Virus record (IMG/VR): IMGVR_UViG_3300009285_000035
Span: 1-36,122 of that record
DNA length: 36,122 nt
Strand: one strand, 5' to 3'
Source of the DNA: a virus
Below, piece by piece: positions 17,235 through 26,046 of the stretch. The position numbers and the translations under genes are program-made. The notes under the pieces were generated by a model that was not told the DNA's origin, ran no database searches, and worked only from the letters and a program-made list of their open reading frames with translations. Numbering within the stretch: the first letter of the stretch is position 1; every line of letters begins with the position of its first letter.

Positions 17235-17272
17235 GGGCGGGCCTAACCAGACCCGCCCCCAGGCCCATTTTT
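17235..17272 (+). terminator. Intrinsic terminator candidate.
   Basis: GGGCGGG (17235-41) pairs with CCCGCCC (17252-58). An alternative pairing is GGGCC/GGCCC, followed by ATTTTT (17267-72). Confidence 0.55.
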
Positions 17273-17288
17273 ATAGGGGGTCAAGAAC

Positions 17289-17945
17289 ATGCCTAATATG
17301 TATGGAGCCACTGGGAGTCGCCTTGCCACAGGTAGACCCGGGACTGACTCAATTGATATCAGTGTCCTCGTAGACAAGAAGGGACGGGTTATTACCGTCC
17401 CAGGGCCTTTCGCTCAATCCCCATCTGGTCTAGTACGACCCCGTGCCGATAATGATGGTACGCAGATAGTCAGAGAGGCCAAGAATCTCTTTGTCACACG
17501 CCTGGTCATGGTTCCTGGCATTACGGCTGCGGCAGCCCACTCAGCGGGTGATGCGTTGGGCATTATGGGGACCTTCGAGAATGATGTGGAGGGCTGGCCT
17601 TTGCCGAGGCGGGGCATTATTGTCGGGGCCGACCTGATAGACCCTGACGATGATACTCTGAGTCCTACCATGCACATCTTCTCCGCAACCTTCACGCCGA
17701 CTGCGGATGATGCTGCCTTAGCCATCTCTGCTGCCGATGCCCTGAACTGGGTTACATCTATGGGCTTCGATGACGGCACAGACATAGGCTCTGCGAAGGT
17801 GCATGAGATTTTGGTTTGGAATAAATCCTACTACGCCCCGACGCAAAAGCTCTACTGGCAGTTCTCCACTGCTGGAGTTCCCAATATAGCGGCGGGAGCA
17901 TCACCCTGGGTGCGACTTTACATCCTGCCGTATGCTGGGGCGTAA
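17289..17945 (+). CDS. Beta-rich structural protein (218 aa).
   Basis: Intact ORF in the late operon. Confidence 0.6.
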   Translation: MPNMYGATGSRLATGRPGTDSIDISVLVDKKGRVITVPGPFAQSPSGLVRPRADNDGTQIVREAKNLFVTRLVMVPGITAAAAHSAGDALGIMGTFENDVEGWPLPRRGIIVGADLIDPDDDTLSPTMHIFSATFTPTADDAALAISAADALNWVTSMGFDDGTDIGSAKVHEILVWNKSYYAPTQKLYWQFSTAGVPNIAAGASPWVRLYILPYAGA

Positions 17946-17947
17946 CG

Positions 17948-19279
17948 ATGTTCGCAAACCAGCACCTACTTCTGCGTGAGGGCAAGTTAGACCCCAGGCG
18001 CATATCAGGGCTGACTACCATGCTGCGCTCCGACAAAGGCGTGTACAAGGCCAGCGGTAGTCCTACCAATGTCCAGGACTGGGTTGACCAGAGCCGTGTG
18101 GCATATACCTTTGAGCAGGCCAACTACGAGAACAAGTACGGCACGAACCTGGGCTTCGAGTCAGCCCTTGGTGCCGAGTGGGTGGAGTTTATCTCAGGTG
18201 CCGCCACAGGCACAACCACCAGGGACACCACAGTTTCGTGCTATGGCAGCGCTTCTCTAAAACTCGACATGACGGCTGCGAGTGGTGCAGCAGACGTACG
18301 CCGCAGACAAGCTGATATTGCTGCCGTCGCAGGAGAGGTATGGTCTGTTGGGGCGATGTGCAAGGTGTTGTCTATCACAGGTGCTGCAAGGGCGAGGCTG
18401 CAAATCGAGTTCAGAGATGCTGCATTAGCAGTTATCGGTTCAGCAACTATCGTTGACTTCTCAACTATAGGAGCTTGGAGCCTGGTGTCCTCGCTGAATC
18501 TAACCGCACCAGCACTCACAGCCTGGATACGAATAAATCTCATGGTGCGAGGAGATGCCGCTGGTGCTATTGCTGCGTGCTATTGGGATGGCGCCCAAAT
18601 CGTCAAGTCAGCCTCTCTGCCCAACATCTACTCGCAGGGCCAGAGTATCAAGAACAGCTTTGACCAGCGCACCACCAGCCAGCAGCCGACGCTCACTCCT
18701 GCTGTGTTCTTCGGCAAACCAGGCGTCAAGTTTGATGGCTCGGACGACATCCTCAAGGCTATTATGGGAGCATATCTGACGGGCAGTAGCGGTTTAGTGC
18801 TGGCGCTCCTGCAACTTACAGGAACAACCTCACAAACACAGGTGATTATTGGGTCATTTGATGAGGCTGATGTTACAAGATTTGTTAGTGCTAGAATACG
18901 ACGCACTGACGCAAACCCATACGCAAACATGATTCAGCGAGAGGCCGACACAAACGACATTGTGCAAGGGGGCACTACTATCTCCGCCGCCCGGTATCTC
19001 GCCGTGTTCAGGTCGGACGGCAGCGCATACACCATAAGACTGAACCAACGAGAGGAAGTTCTGACAGTGGCTGCTGGTGCGAATACCGGTGACTGGTTTA
19101 GTGATGTTACACTAAAGGACAATGTGACAATCGGTGGGCACAAGCAAAGCAGCGAGGGGTCGTATCTTCAAGCCTACATTGCTCTCCTCTTGGTTTACGA
19201 AGGTGACCCTGGCATAGGCTCGCGAATGCGCCAACTAGAACGGCTGCTTCGCCAGCGGGGATTGAGGGCATTACGATGA
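17948..19279 (+). CDS. Fibre or receptor-binding-like protein with jelly-roll (CBM-like) and LamG/ConA-like segments.
   Basis: '...SCYGSASLKLDMTA...WSVGAMCKV...ARLQIEF...AWIRINLMV...' resembles carbohydrate-binding jelly-rolls. 'GKPGVKFDGSDDIL' resembles LamG-type domains. Judged by eye only. Confidence 0.45.
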   Translation: MFANQHLLLREGKLDPRRISGLTTMLRSDKGVYKASGSPTNVQDWVDQSRVAYTFEQANYENKYGTNLGFESALGAEWVEFISGAATGTTTRDTTVSCYGSASLKLDMTAASGAADVRRRQADIAAVAGEVWSVGAMCKVLSITGAARARLQIEFRDAALAVIGSATIVDFSTIGAWSLVSSLNLTAPALTAWIRINLMVRGDAAGAIAACYWDGAQIVKSASLPNIYSQGQSIKNSFDQRTTSQQPTLTPAVFFGKPGVKFDGSDDILKAIMGAYLTGSSGLVLALLQLTGTTSQTQVIIGSFDEADVTRFVSARIRRTDANPYANMIQREADTNDIVQGGTTISAARYLAVFRSDGSAYTIRLNQREEVLTVAAGANTGDWFSDVTLKDNVTIGGHKQSSEGSYLQAYIALLLVYEGDPGIGSRMRQLERLLRQRGLRALR

Positions 19280-19593
19280 GATACACGCTGCTGGTGCGTG
19301 CTGACCGCAAAGACCTGGTGGAGGCTGTGCTTGCAAAGCTCCCTAGCCACTACATCAAGGACAGTGACGGCGTTGGCCAACCAGTGGGCAGGCTTGCGAC
19401 GCTGGTGCCCTACGGCGTGACCGACGCTAATCCCGTCCCTGCGTACTATGTCTGCTCTGGCGAGTTCAACGCAGACCAGGTTGCGGCTCTGAAGGCGGCG
19501 ATGGTGGCCACCAAACTGTTGAAGGGCGCCACCTGGAAAGAGGCAGACGGTGAGGACGGCAAGGAATCCTTGATCAGGGCCAGCAAGCAGTAA
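19276..19593 (+). CDS. Hypothetical protein (105 aa).
   Basis: ATGA coupling. Confidence 0.55.
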   Translation: MRYTLLVRADRKDLVEAVLAKLPSHYIKDSDGVGQPVGRLATLVPYGVTDANPVPAYYVCSGEFNADQVAALKAAMVATKLLKGATWKEADGEDGKESLIRASKQ

Positions 19594-19634
19594 AGGTATG
19601 CTCTTGAGGGCAAAAAGACTTTGGGGGTAATAAC

Positions 19635-19796
19635 ATGGATGATATTCACCGCCGTTTGACAGAGCAGACAGGAATCCTCCAGGAGCATAGTGCCTCAATA
19701 GGACGACTCCAGGGACAGTTTGGGATTATTATAGGTTTGCAGTTGGCTCAGGTGGCAGCACTGGTCACTATCTTAGTAAGGGTGTTTGGGCAGTAA
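19635..19796 (+). CDS. 53-aa protein with one C-terminal transmembrane helix.
   Basis: RBS GGGGGT 6 nt upstream. 'FGIIIGLQLAQVAALVTILVRVF' is hydrophobic. Not in the ORF track. Confidence 0.45.
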   Translation: MDDIHRRLTEQTGILQEHSASIGRLQGQFGIIIGLQLAQVAALVTILVRVFGQ

Positions 19797-19814
19797 CGAT
19801 GTAATGGTGGGGCA

Positions 19815-19895
19815 ATGAACATGGTCAATAAGAAGAAGCAGAAGCGGCAGCGTAAGAAGGGTAGAAGCGCCGACAAAGTCGGGAAGAAGCGATAA
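19815..19895 (+). CDS. 26-aa highly basic peptide (MNMVNKKKQKRQRKKGRSADKVGKKR).
   Basis: Short ORF that fills the gap before the holin-like gene. The RBS is weak. Confidence 0.25.
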   Translation: MNMVNKKKQKRQRKKGRSADKVGKKR

Positions 19896-19907
19896 GGAAG
19901 GTGTTGC

Positions 19908-20441
19908 ATGGAACCAACAACTGAACTTGGAAAGATTCTGGCCTCACAGCCAGTGCTCGCACTGGGGGTGCTCATCGTCGTCAACTTCATCCTTGGTGTC
20001 ATGGCAGCGTTGAAGGATGGGCGTTTCACCCTCGTAGAGCTATCTGGCATTGTCAAGAAGGCCCTCATATACGTTGGGGGCTATGCTGGGGTCGTTGTGG
20101 TTGGAGAAGCGCAAGGCGGGGCCGTGGAGAGCCTTACTGGTACGGTAGCGCCAGTGTTGACTGCTATCCCATTTGTTGCGAGTGCATTAAAGAGCCTCAA
20201 TGAACTGGGTGTCCCATTGGGAGCGCCGATTGTCAAGATGGTGTCGGCTGAACCAGTTAAAGAGACGGCAAAAGACCGTGTTGTGGCCTGGACTGCTGAG
20301 GCCAATGAAATCAGTAGAGACTTTGCCAATGGTATGACAACCAAGGCTGAGGCGCTTATAGCCGTTGCTCAGCTGGCAAAGGATTACCCCGACCTACCAA
20401 GTATGCCTCCTGGATGGCCCACCAAGCCCAATCCACGGTAA
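19908..20441 (+). CDS. Holin-family membrane protein (toxin-secretion/phage-lysis holin type) with a long soluble C-terminal extension.
   Basis: Three hydrophobic helices. 'LIVVNFILGVMAALKDGRFTLVELSGIVKKALIYVGGY' matches my recollection of the holin 4_1 signature. Confidence 0.55.
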   Translation: MEPTTELGKILASQPVLALGVLIVVNFILGVMAALKDGRFTLVELSGIVKKALIYVGGYAGVVVVGEAQGGAVESLTGTVAPVLTAIPFVASALKSLNELGVPLGAPIVKMVSAEPVKETAKDRVVAWTAEANEISRDFANGMTTKAEALIAVAQLAKDYPDLPSMPPGWPTKPNPR

Positions 20442-20452
20442 GGAGCAGATAG

Positions 20453-21766
20453 GTGTCTACCGCTCGTAGTGCCTTCAGGCGGATGCTCGTAGAAGCCATC
20501 CAGGGCAGCCGATATACTGGCTTGACCTTATCCTCTGCCAGTCCCGACACAACCTCTCTTATTGATACTGGTCTTGCCTCTCTGCCCAGTGGTGCCGATA
20601 ATGATTTCTGCCTTGGCTGGTACGCTATTATCACAGGTAGTGCTGGTGAGGTTGGCGAGTCCTCTAGAGTTTCCACTTACTCGGCCAGCGGAACCGATAT
20701 AACTCTAGCCACTGCCTTGACAGGCACTCCGTCTAGTGGTGAGACCTTTGACCTATGCCGCTATGATCCCAGCGAAATGCACACGGCTCTCAATAGAGCC
20801 TTGGAATTGTTGTATCCCTATCTTGCAATTCCCCAGGGGAATGAAACGCTCTTCGTAGACAATCTATTGCTGAACCCCGATGGGGAAACATACTCGACTA
20901 CTTTTACAAACTGGACGCATACAGTCGCAACCTGGACACAGGATTCCTCAAGGAAGATTCATGGCAGTTATTCCTTCAAGGGAGTTGGCGGTGGTGCGGC
21001 AGCCCAATTAACTCAAAACCTCTTTTCTGGCACCAATATCCATGACGTTGCCGGAAAGACTCTCTACGCCAAGGGGTGGGTCTGGGCCAGTGCCGCTTCA
21101 ACCGCACGACTCAGGGTGACGTTTGATGGTGGTTCGACATTCACCAACGGCGATTACCATGCAGGTAGTTCAGAGTGGGAAGGCCCAGGGACACAGTACA
21201 TCAGGGTTGCGGTGCCAACAACTGCTACCTCAATGACTGTCTACTTGGAGGTGGCCGCTGGTGGCACAGCCTACTTTGACTGCCTTGTGGCCTACATAGA
21301 CCCTGTGTACCGCTACACTATCCCAACTGCTATTCTCAAGGGGCCGTATACGTTATCGGTGCAGGGCGACGAGAATGAACCAAACGGCAGATACCTACCT
21401 GTAACGGCATGGTATGAAGAGGAAGATTCCAGCGGGCGATACATCGTATTGGATGGGAGTCTTACAGCAGGCATGGGGCTGCGGCTAGATGGATATGGAC
21501 TACTGACTTTGTTGTCCACGGCAGCAAGTTCCGCAGGGGAGACGGGTACAACCGAGGTGGATGCTCCCAAGACCCATCTGGTGGTAGCGAAGGCGGCCCA
21601 GTTCCTCTACGAGCAACTAGGAGCAGACTCAGGGGCGCTAGATGCCAGTTACTATCAGCAAGAGGCTGCGAGATGGGAACAGAAGGCGGCTCAGTTGCTT
21701 GGAACCCCTGGTATGAGAAACAGGCGCAGGGCCGCAAGAACCGACTTGAGATGGGAGATTGGTTAA
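20453..21766 (+). CDS. Second fibre or receptor-binding-like protein with a CBM-like jelly-roll segment.
   Basis: GTG start 7 nt after AGGAG. 'HGSYSFKGVG...AKGWVWAS...ARLRVTFDGG...MTVYLEVAAGGTAYFDCL'. Confidence 0.45.
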   Translation: MSTARSAFRRMLVEAIQGSRYTGLTLSSASPDTTSLIDTGLASLPSGADNDFCLGWYAIITGSAGEVGESSRVSTYSASGTDITLATALTGTPSSGETFDLCRYDPSEMHTALNRALELLYPYLAIPQGNETLFVDNLLLNPDGETYSTTFTNWTHTVATWTQDSSRKIHGSYSFKGVGGGAAAQLTQNLFSGTNIHDVAGKTLYAKGWVWASAASTARLRVTFDGGSTFTNGDYHAGSSEWEGPGTQYIRVAVPTTATSMTVYLEVAAGGTAYFDCLVAYIDPVYRYTIPTAILKGPYTLSVQGDENEPNGRYLPVTAWYEEEDSSGRYIVLDGSLTAGMGLRLDGYGLLTLLSTAASSAGETGTTEVDAPKTHLVVAKAAQFLYEQLGADSGALDASYYQQEAARWEQKAAQLLGTPGMRNRRRAARTDLRWEIG

Positions 21767-21796
21767 GGCGATAACAATGAAACAACGGAGGATAAG

Positions 21797-22339
21797 ATGG
21801 CTATAACGGCTACCGAAATACTTTTCAAGCTGAGCATCAAGACAGGTTCAGCGGGCAACTCGCTGGCTCAGTCCGACGTGAACGAGTCGCTGGGCAAGTA
21901 CATCTCGACCACGCAAATCACCGACGCCACGCTGAACAACCTCTTCGACGACGTTTCGGGCGACGAAAATGCGGCCTCCGACGTGGAATACCGCTGCATC
22001 TTTGTCCACAACGCCCACAGCACGCTGACGTGGCAAAGTGTGGTTTGCTGGCTGTCAGCGGAAACTGGTGGCGGGGCCAACGCCGCGATAGCGGTAGACG
22101 GGGAAGCGGCAAGCGCAATCGGCCAGTCCGCAGCCCAGGCTGATGAGGTGGCCAACGAAAGCACGGCCCCCACAGGGGAGTCCTTCTCCAGCCCGACAAC
22201 TAAGGGTACGGGCCTCAGCATCGGCAACTTGTCAGCGGGTTACTGCCGTGCTGTATGGGTGCGACGCACCGCTGCCAACTCTGCCGCTCTTGATAACGAC
22301 AGCGTGACGGTGCGCTGCGAGGGCGACACTGCTGCGTAA
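21797..22339 (+). CDS. Hypothetical virion-module protein (180 aa).
   Basis: RBS GGAGGA. GC-rich gene. Three antisense ORFs here are judged spurious. Confidence 0.6.
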   Translation: MAITATEILFKLSIKTGSAGNSLAQSDVNESLGKYISTTQITDATLNNLFDDVSGDENAASDVEYRCIFVHNAHSTLTWQSVVCWLSAETGGGANAAIAVDGEAASAIGQSAAQADEVANESTAPTGESFSSPTTKGTGLSIGNLSAGYCRAVWVRRTAANSAALDNDSVTVRCEGDTAA

Positions 22340-22340
22340 A

Positions 22341-22379
22341 GACTCTAGGAGTCATAATGACTCTAGAAGTAATTATGAC
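22341..22379. promoter_or_regulatory. AT-rich island with direct and inverted repeats; candidate operator or promoter.
   Basis: Direct repeat: GACTCTAGGAGT (22341-52) and GACTCTAGAAGT (22359-70). GTCATAAT (22351-58) pairs with ATTATGAC (22372-79). Confidence 0.4.
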
Positions 22380-22405
22380 AACGTGGGCATACCTCAGGAG
22401 GCGCT

Positions 22406-23791
22406 GTGGCCTTTCCAGTTGTTGAAGACAAGATTGGAACTGGGGGCACCAGTACCGCATCACCGACTGCCGTAAGCTACCCAGCAACCGTGTCGGCGGG
22501 GGCGCTGCTTGTCTGCATAGCACGCTGTGCTGTCGTCGGGGCCATTGGATGGCCCTCTGGTTGGAACGAGTTGGTCGAGGACTCTTCTGACGGCTCTGAT
22601 GATGTTTCGGCCATTGCTTGGAAAGCCGCAGACGGGAGTGAAGGCGGTACAACCTTCAGCGTCACCCACGGCACAGGCAAGTCGGCCTACATTGTGTACA
22701 GCATTACGGGTGCTGAAAACCCCGCTACGCAGCCGCCCCAAATCTCCACAGTCGCCGTAGGCACGAGCACAACGCCCAATCCCACGCTGCTCACACCTAC
22801 AGGCGGTACGAAAGACTACCTCTGGTTGTGGCTGGGCTGTTGGGAGGGTGAGCAAACATCGCCGCCCGCTGGCAACCCGACAGACTATAGTGCTACCCTG
22901 GGTGCTTCTAGTGGAACAGCGGGTGCCGTCACTACGAATGTCCGCTGCGCAAGTGCGCAACATACCTCAACAGACTCGTCTGAAGATGCTGGCTCTTGGA
23001 CTATCTCGGCTTCCGATGACTGGACAGCTTGGGTCATGGCGGTCCATCCCGCATCCGTGACGGCCATTGGGGACACTACACAACACATCTGGAATATCCG
23101 CAGCACGGTTGGGGACACATCTCAGTCTATCTGGAACATCCGAGCGGCAGTCGGAGATATAGCGCAAGCCATCTGGAATGTCAGAGCAGCAGTTGGTGAC
23201 ACATCACAAGCTCTCTGGAATGTTCTCACTTCTGTCGGTAAAGCTGTACAAAAGGTGTGGAATGTCCGCACCACAGTGGGGCAAACTCGCCAGGCTATCT
23301 GGCACGTCTGCACCACTCTAGGAGATACGGTACAGCCTATCTGGAACGTGCTGTCTTCCGTCACTGCTGTTGGAGATGTTGTAGATCTGCAATGGCGGGT
23401 GCGCCAGGCTGTCGGCAAAACCGCACAGCAAATCTGGAATGTGCGTAGTGTTCTCGGAGATACTATACAGGCTGTCTGGAGCGTCAGGGCCGCCGTTGGT
23501 AAATCCGTTCAGAAGGTATGGAATGTCAGGGCTGCCATTGGCAAGGCTGTTCAGCAGGTATGGCATGTACGTAGAGTCCTTGGGGATACTGTACAGGCCG
23601 TTTGGAACGTGCTGTCGTCCTCTATCTCGGCAATTGGGGATGTTGTCCAGCTACGCTGGAAAGTCTTCATTGGGCTATACCAGAAGCGGCTGTCCTTTGA
23701 GGAACGAGATGCTAGTCTAGCCTTTATGTTGATGAGTGACAGCCTTGAGTTTAAAGAAAGTGACACCAGTATTAGAATGGTGGAGGTTTAG
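22406..23791 (+). CDS. Fibre-like protein: globular N-terminal domain plus fourteen 14-aa tandem repeats.
   Basis: GTG start after AGGAGG. The repeat consensus is (V/I/L)G(D/K)xxQx(I/V)WNVRxx. Confidence 0.7.
   Translation: MAFPVVEDKIGTGGTSTASPTAVSYPATVSAGALLVCIARCAVVGAIGWPSGWNELVEDSSDGSDDVSAIAWKAADGSEGGTTFSVTHGTGKSAYIVYSITGAENPATQPPQISTVAVGTSTTPNPTLLTPTGGTKDYLWLWLGCWEGEQTSPPAGNPTDYSATLGASSGTAGAVTTNVRCASAQHTSTDSSEDAGSWTISASDDWTAWVMAVHPASVTAIGDTTQHIWNIRSTVGDTSQSIWNIRAAVGDIAQAIWNVRAAVGDTSQALWNVLTSVGKAVQKVWNVRTTVGQTRQAIWHVCTTLGDTVQPIWNVLSSVTAVGDVVDLQWRVRQAVGKTAQQIWNVRSVLGDTIQAVWSVRAAVGKSVQKVWNVRAAIGKAVQQVWHVRRVLGDTVQAVWNVLSSSISAIGDVVQLRWKVFIGLYQKRLSFEERDASLAFMLMSDSLEFKESDTSIRMVEV
23063..23665 (+). 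repeat. In-frame tandem array of 42 bp (14 aa) x 14.
   Basis: Units read directly from the translation. Units 7 and 13 carry 3-4 extra residues. Confidence 0.9.
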
Positions 23792-23793
23792 AC

Positions 23794-24081
23794 ATGGGAG
23801 CGAACTACTTGGTTGGCGACAGTATTCCGATCAAGGTATTAGTTACGGACGAAAATGGGCCTGTTACGCCATCTACCGCAACCTGTACGGTTATGAGGAA
23901 TCCCGCAGGGACTATAGTGGTCAATGCAGCAACCATGACTATCTCTGGTAATCAACTGACTTATACTCTTTCGGCTACAGATACAACAGTAGACGGTAAA
24001 TATAAGTTTATTGTCAAAGCCACCCTGTCGTCGGGTAATATCGCCCAGTTCGTTACTTTTAAGGATGTGAAAACACCGTAA
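23794..24081 (+). CDS. Small Ig-like/beta-sandwich protein (95 aa).
   Basis: RBS GGAGGT. Alternating beta pattern. The fold is a guess. Confidence 0.55.
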   Translation: MGANYLVGDSIPIKVLVTDENGPVTPSTATCTVMRNPAGTIVVNAATMTISGNQLTYTLSATDTTVDGKYKFIVKATLSSGNIAQFVTFKDVKTP

Positions 24082-24093
24082 GGGAGAAGGGTC

Positions 24094-26037
24094 ATGGCTA
24101 CTGCTGGGCTCTCACACGACATCACGATAGCTGACACCAGTTCGGGCAGCCCCAAACTAGGGTTTATGCTAGTCAGGCAGGACGGCAAGCGAGAGTTTAC
24201 CCTTGCCGATTACCAGACGATTGCGCCACGCACACTAACTACCGAGGAGCTAAATGCTGCCCAGTTGCCGCCAGAAGTAGAGCTTAGCCTTTTACAAGAT
24301 GACTGGCGGCTGGGTATAGGTGGGCGGAATGTTCGGCATGATGCCAAGCGGCTTGCTTCTGGCAGCAAGGTAGAGACCACGATTGAAGGCACCCTGCGGC
24401 TTGCACGGAAACTAACAGCCACCACTGTGGATTCCAACCCTACTGCATACAAACCATCGGGCTTCGTGGCGTACCAGAATAGTGAACCCTGGGCGTTTAT
24501 AGGCTCGGATGTCTACCAGTGGGACTACACCAACAAGAACTGGGACAAAAAGACCTCTGTTATGAGTGCTGGGCAAATCGCTCGAAACGGCGTCAATTTC
24601 GGGACTGGGACTTATGCGCCCGTGTGGACGGCCTCTACAGACGCACCTGCCAGGTTTATGAAGAAGGCAGCAGCGGGGAACACTTGGGCCGCGGGTGGTG
24701 CAGCGTCAGACACATTCAAGTATGTCGAGGTTGCCAATGACCTGTTTTTTGCGGGCCACTGGGGTAGTGGCTCAGAGAACGTCCTGAAGTACACTAGCGA
24801 TCCTAGCGCTGGCACTATCTCCTGGACATCTGAGACCATCGGGCAGACCGATGCCCCCATCACTGGCTTGATAACAGACGGCGCAACGCTGTTGGTACTG
24901 AAGACTAACGGCATATGGGCTAGGTACTCAGATGGCTCAATTGAGAACCTGACACCTGAGTTTGAGCGGCAGACGCACCCGTCTAACTTTATGGGTTCGT
25001 TCAACTGGAACGGGCATATTCTGCTTCCTCTCGGCTCTGGTGGGCTTCTCCAACTCTATGATGGTCGGCTTGAGGACATATCCCTGAAGAACTACGCACC
25101 CGACCAGACAACCCTACACGGGCGTGTCTGTGCGATAGCGGGAGATGCGACATCTGTATTCCTGTTGGTAGTGGATACCACAAACCTGAAATACTACCTG
25201 GTTATGGGGATATGGGCTGAGTACCAGGGCAACAGAGATTTCCGCTGGCACCAGGTTGCTGAGGTTACTTACACCACAAGCCATACCCCAGACCACGCTA
25301 CGCTATATGCCGAGGGTGTGCCCTCTGGCACCACTTATCATCACCGTATCCTGGTGGGCGTAGAAAGCACAGGAAGTAATCTGCTGCCCTACTTCTACAC
25401 AATCAGCACTGCCGATGCAGAGGATGTATTCACGCCTGATGACGATGGAACGGCTGTCACAGTAGCCTGGGATGCGAATCTACCCAAGGTCAGCAAGCTC
25501 TACACCTCACTGGATTTCACTACGGCTAACCTTGGGACTACGGTAGGCACACACCACCAGATTGGCGTGAAGTATCGGGTGGATGGTGGTTCCTGGACTT
25601 GGGTAACAGGGGTACAGGCTACCAGCACGCTGACCACCAGCCCACAGACGCTTACTATTACCTCTGAGGTAACAGGGAAGAGGATTGAGCTTCAGTTCTT
25701 GCCGTTGCAGGGCACCACCTTGACCACCAGCCCTGAACTCAAGGACTTCACCATAAGGGCTGCCCTGCGCCCCACCACAATCAAGAGTATGCTTTTGATA
25801 CTCTACCTGGCTGATGGGCAGAGATTGCTCAACGGAGCAATCAGCGGCACATCTAAGGGCGACCTATCTCAGTTGAATACCTGGAACGAGCAGGCAGCAG
25901 AGGTAACGCTTGTAGACCCAGCGGGAACAAGCAGGGATGTCGTATTCCTTCCTGGGGTTATGAAGGTGACGGAGAAGGTCAAAACACACAAGCGACGGGC
26001 TGAGTATCTGGTTTTCACAATGGTAGCGGTTGTTTAG
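24094..26037 (+). CDS. Large tail-module structural protein (647 aa) of unknown function.
   Basis: RBS GGGAGAAGG. Long uninterrupted ORF. Confidence 0.6.
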   Translation: MATAGLSHDITIADTSSGSPKLGFMLVRQDGKREFTLADYQTIAPRTLTTEELNAAQLPPEVELSLLQDDWRLGIGGRNVRHDAKRLASGSKVETTIEGTLRLARKLTATTVDSNPTAYKPSGFVAYQNSEPWAFIGSDVYQWDYTNKNWDKKTSVMSAGQIARNGVNFGTGTYAPVWTASTDAPARFMKKAAAGNTWAAGGAASDTFKYVEVANDLFFAGHWGSGSENVLKYTSDPSAGTISWTSETIGQTDAPITGLITDGATLLVLKTNGIWARYSDGSIENLTPEFERQTHPSNFMGSFNWNGHILLPLGSGGLLQLYDGRLEDISLKNYAPDQTTLHGRVCAIAGDATSVFLLVVDTTNLKYYLVMGIWAEYQGNRDFRWHQVAEVTYTTSHTPDHATLYAEGVPSGTTYHHRILVGVESTGSNLLPYFYTISTADAEDVFTPDDDGTAVTVAWDANLPKVSKLYTSLDFTTANLGTTVGTHHQIGVKYRVDGGSWTWVTGVQATSTLTTSPQTLTITSEVTGKRIELQFLPLQGTTLTTSPELKDFTIRAALRPTTIKSMLLILYLADGQRLLNGAISGTSKGDLSQLNTWNEQAAEVTLVDPAGTSRDVVFLPGVMKVTEKVKTHKRRAEYLVFTMVAVV

Positions 26038-26046
26038 GGGTGTGAT

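Noticed and set aside
23063-23665. Regular 42-bp repeat array, considered as a possible CRISPR or non-coding satellite.
   Set aside because: The units are contiguous with no spacers. They are in frame within a long ORF and are conserved at the amino-acid level rather than the nucleotide level. This is a protein repeat.
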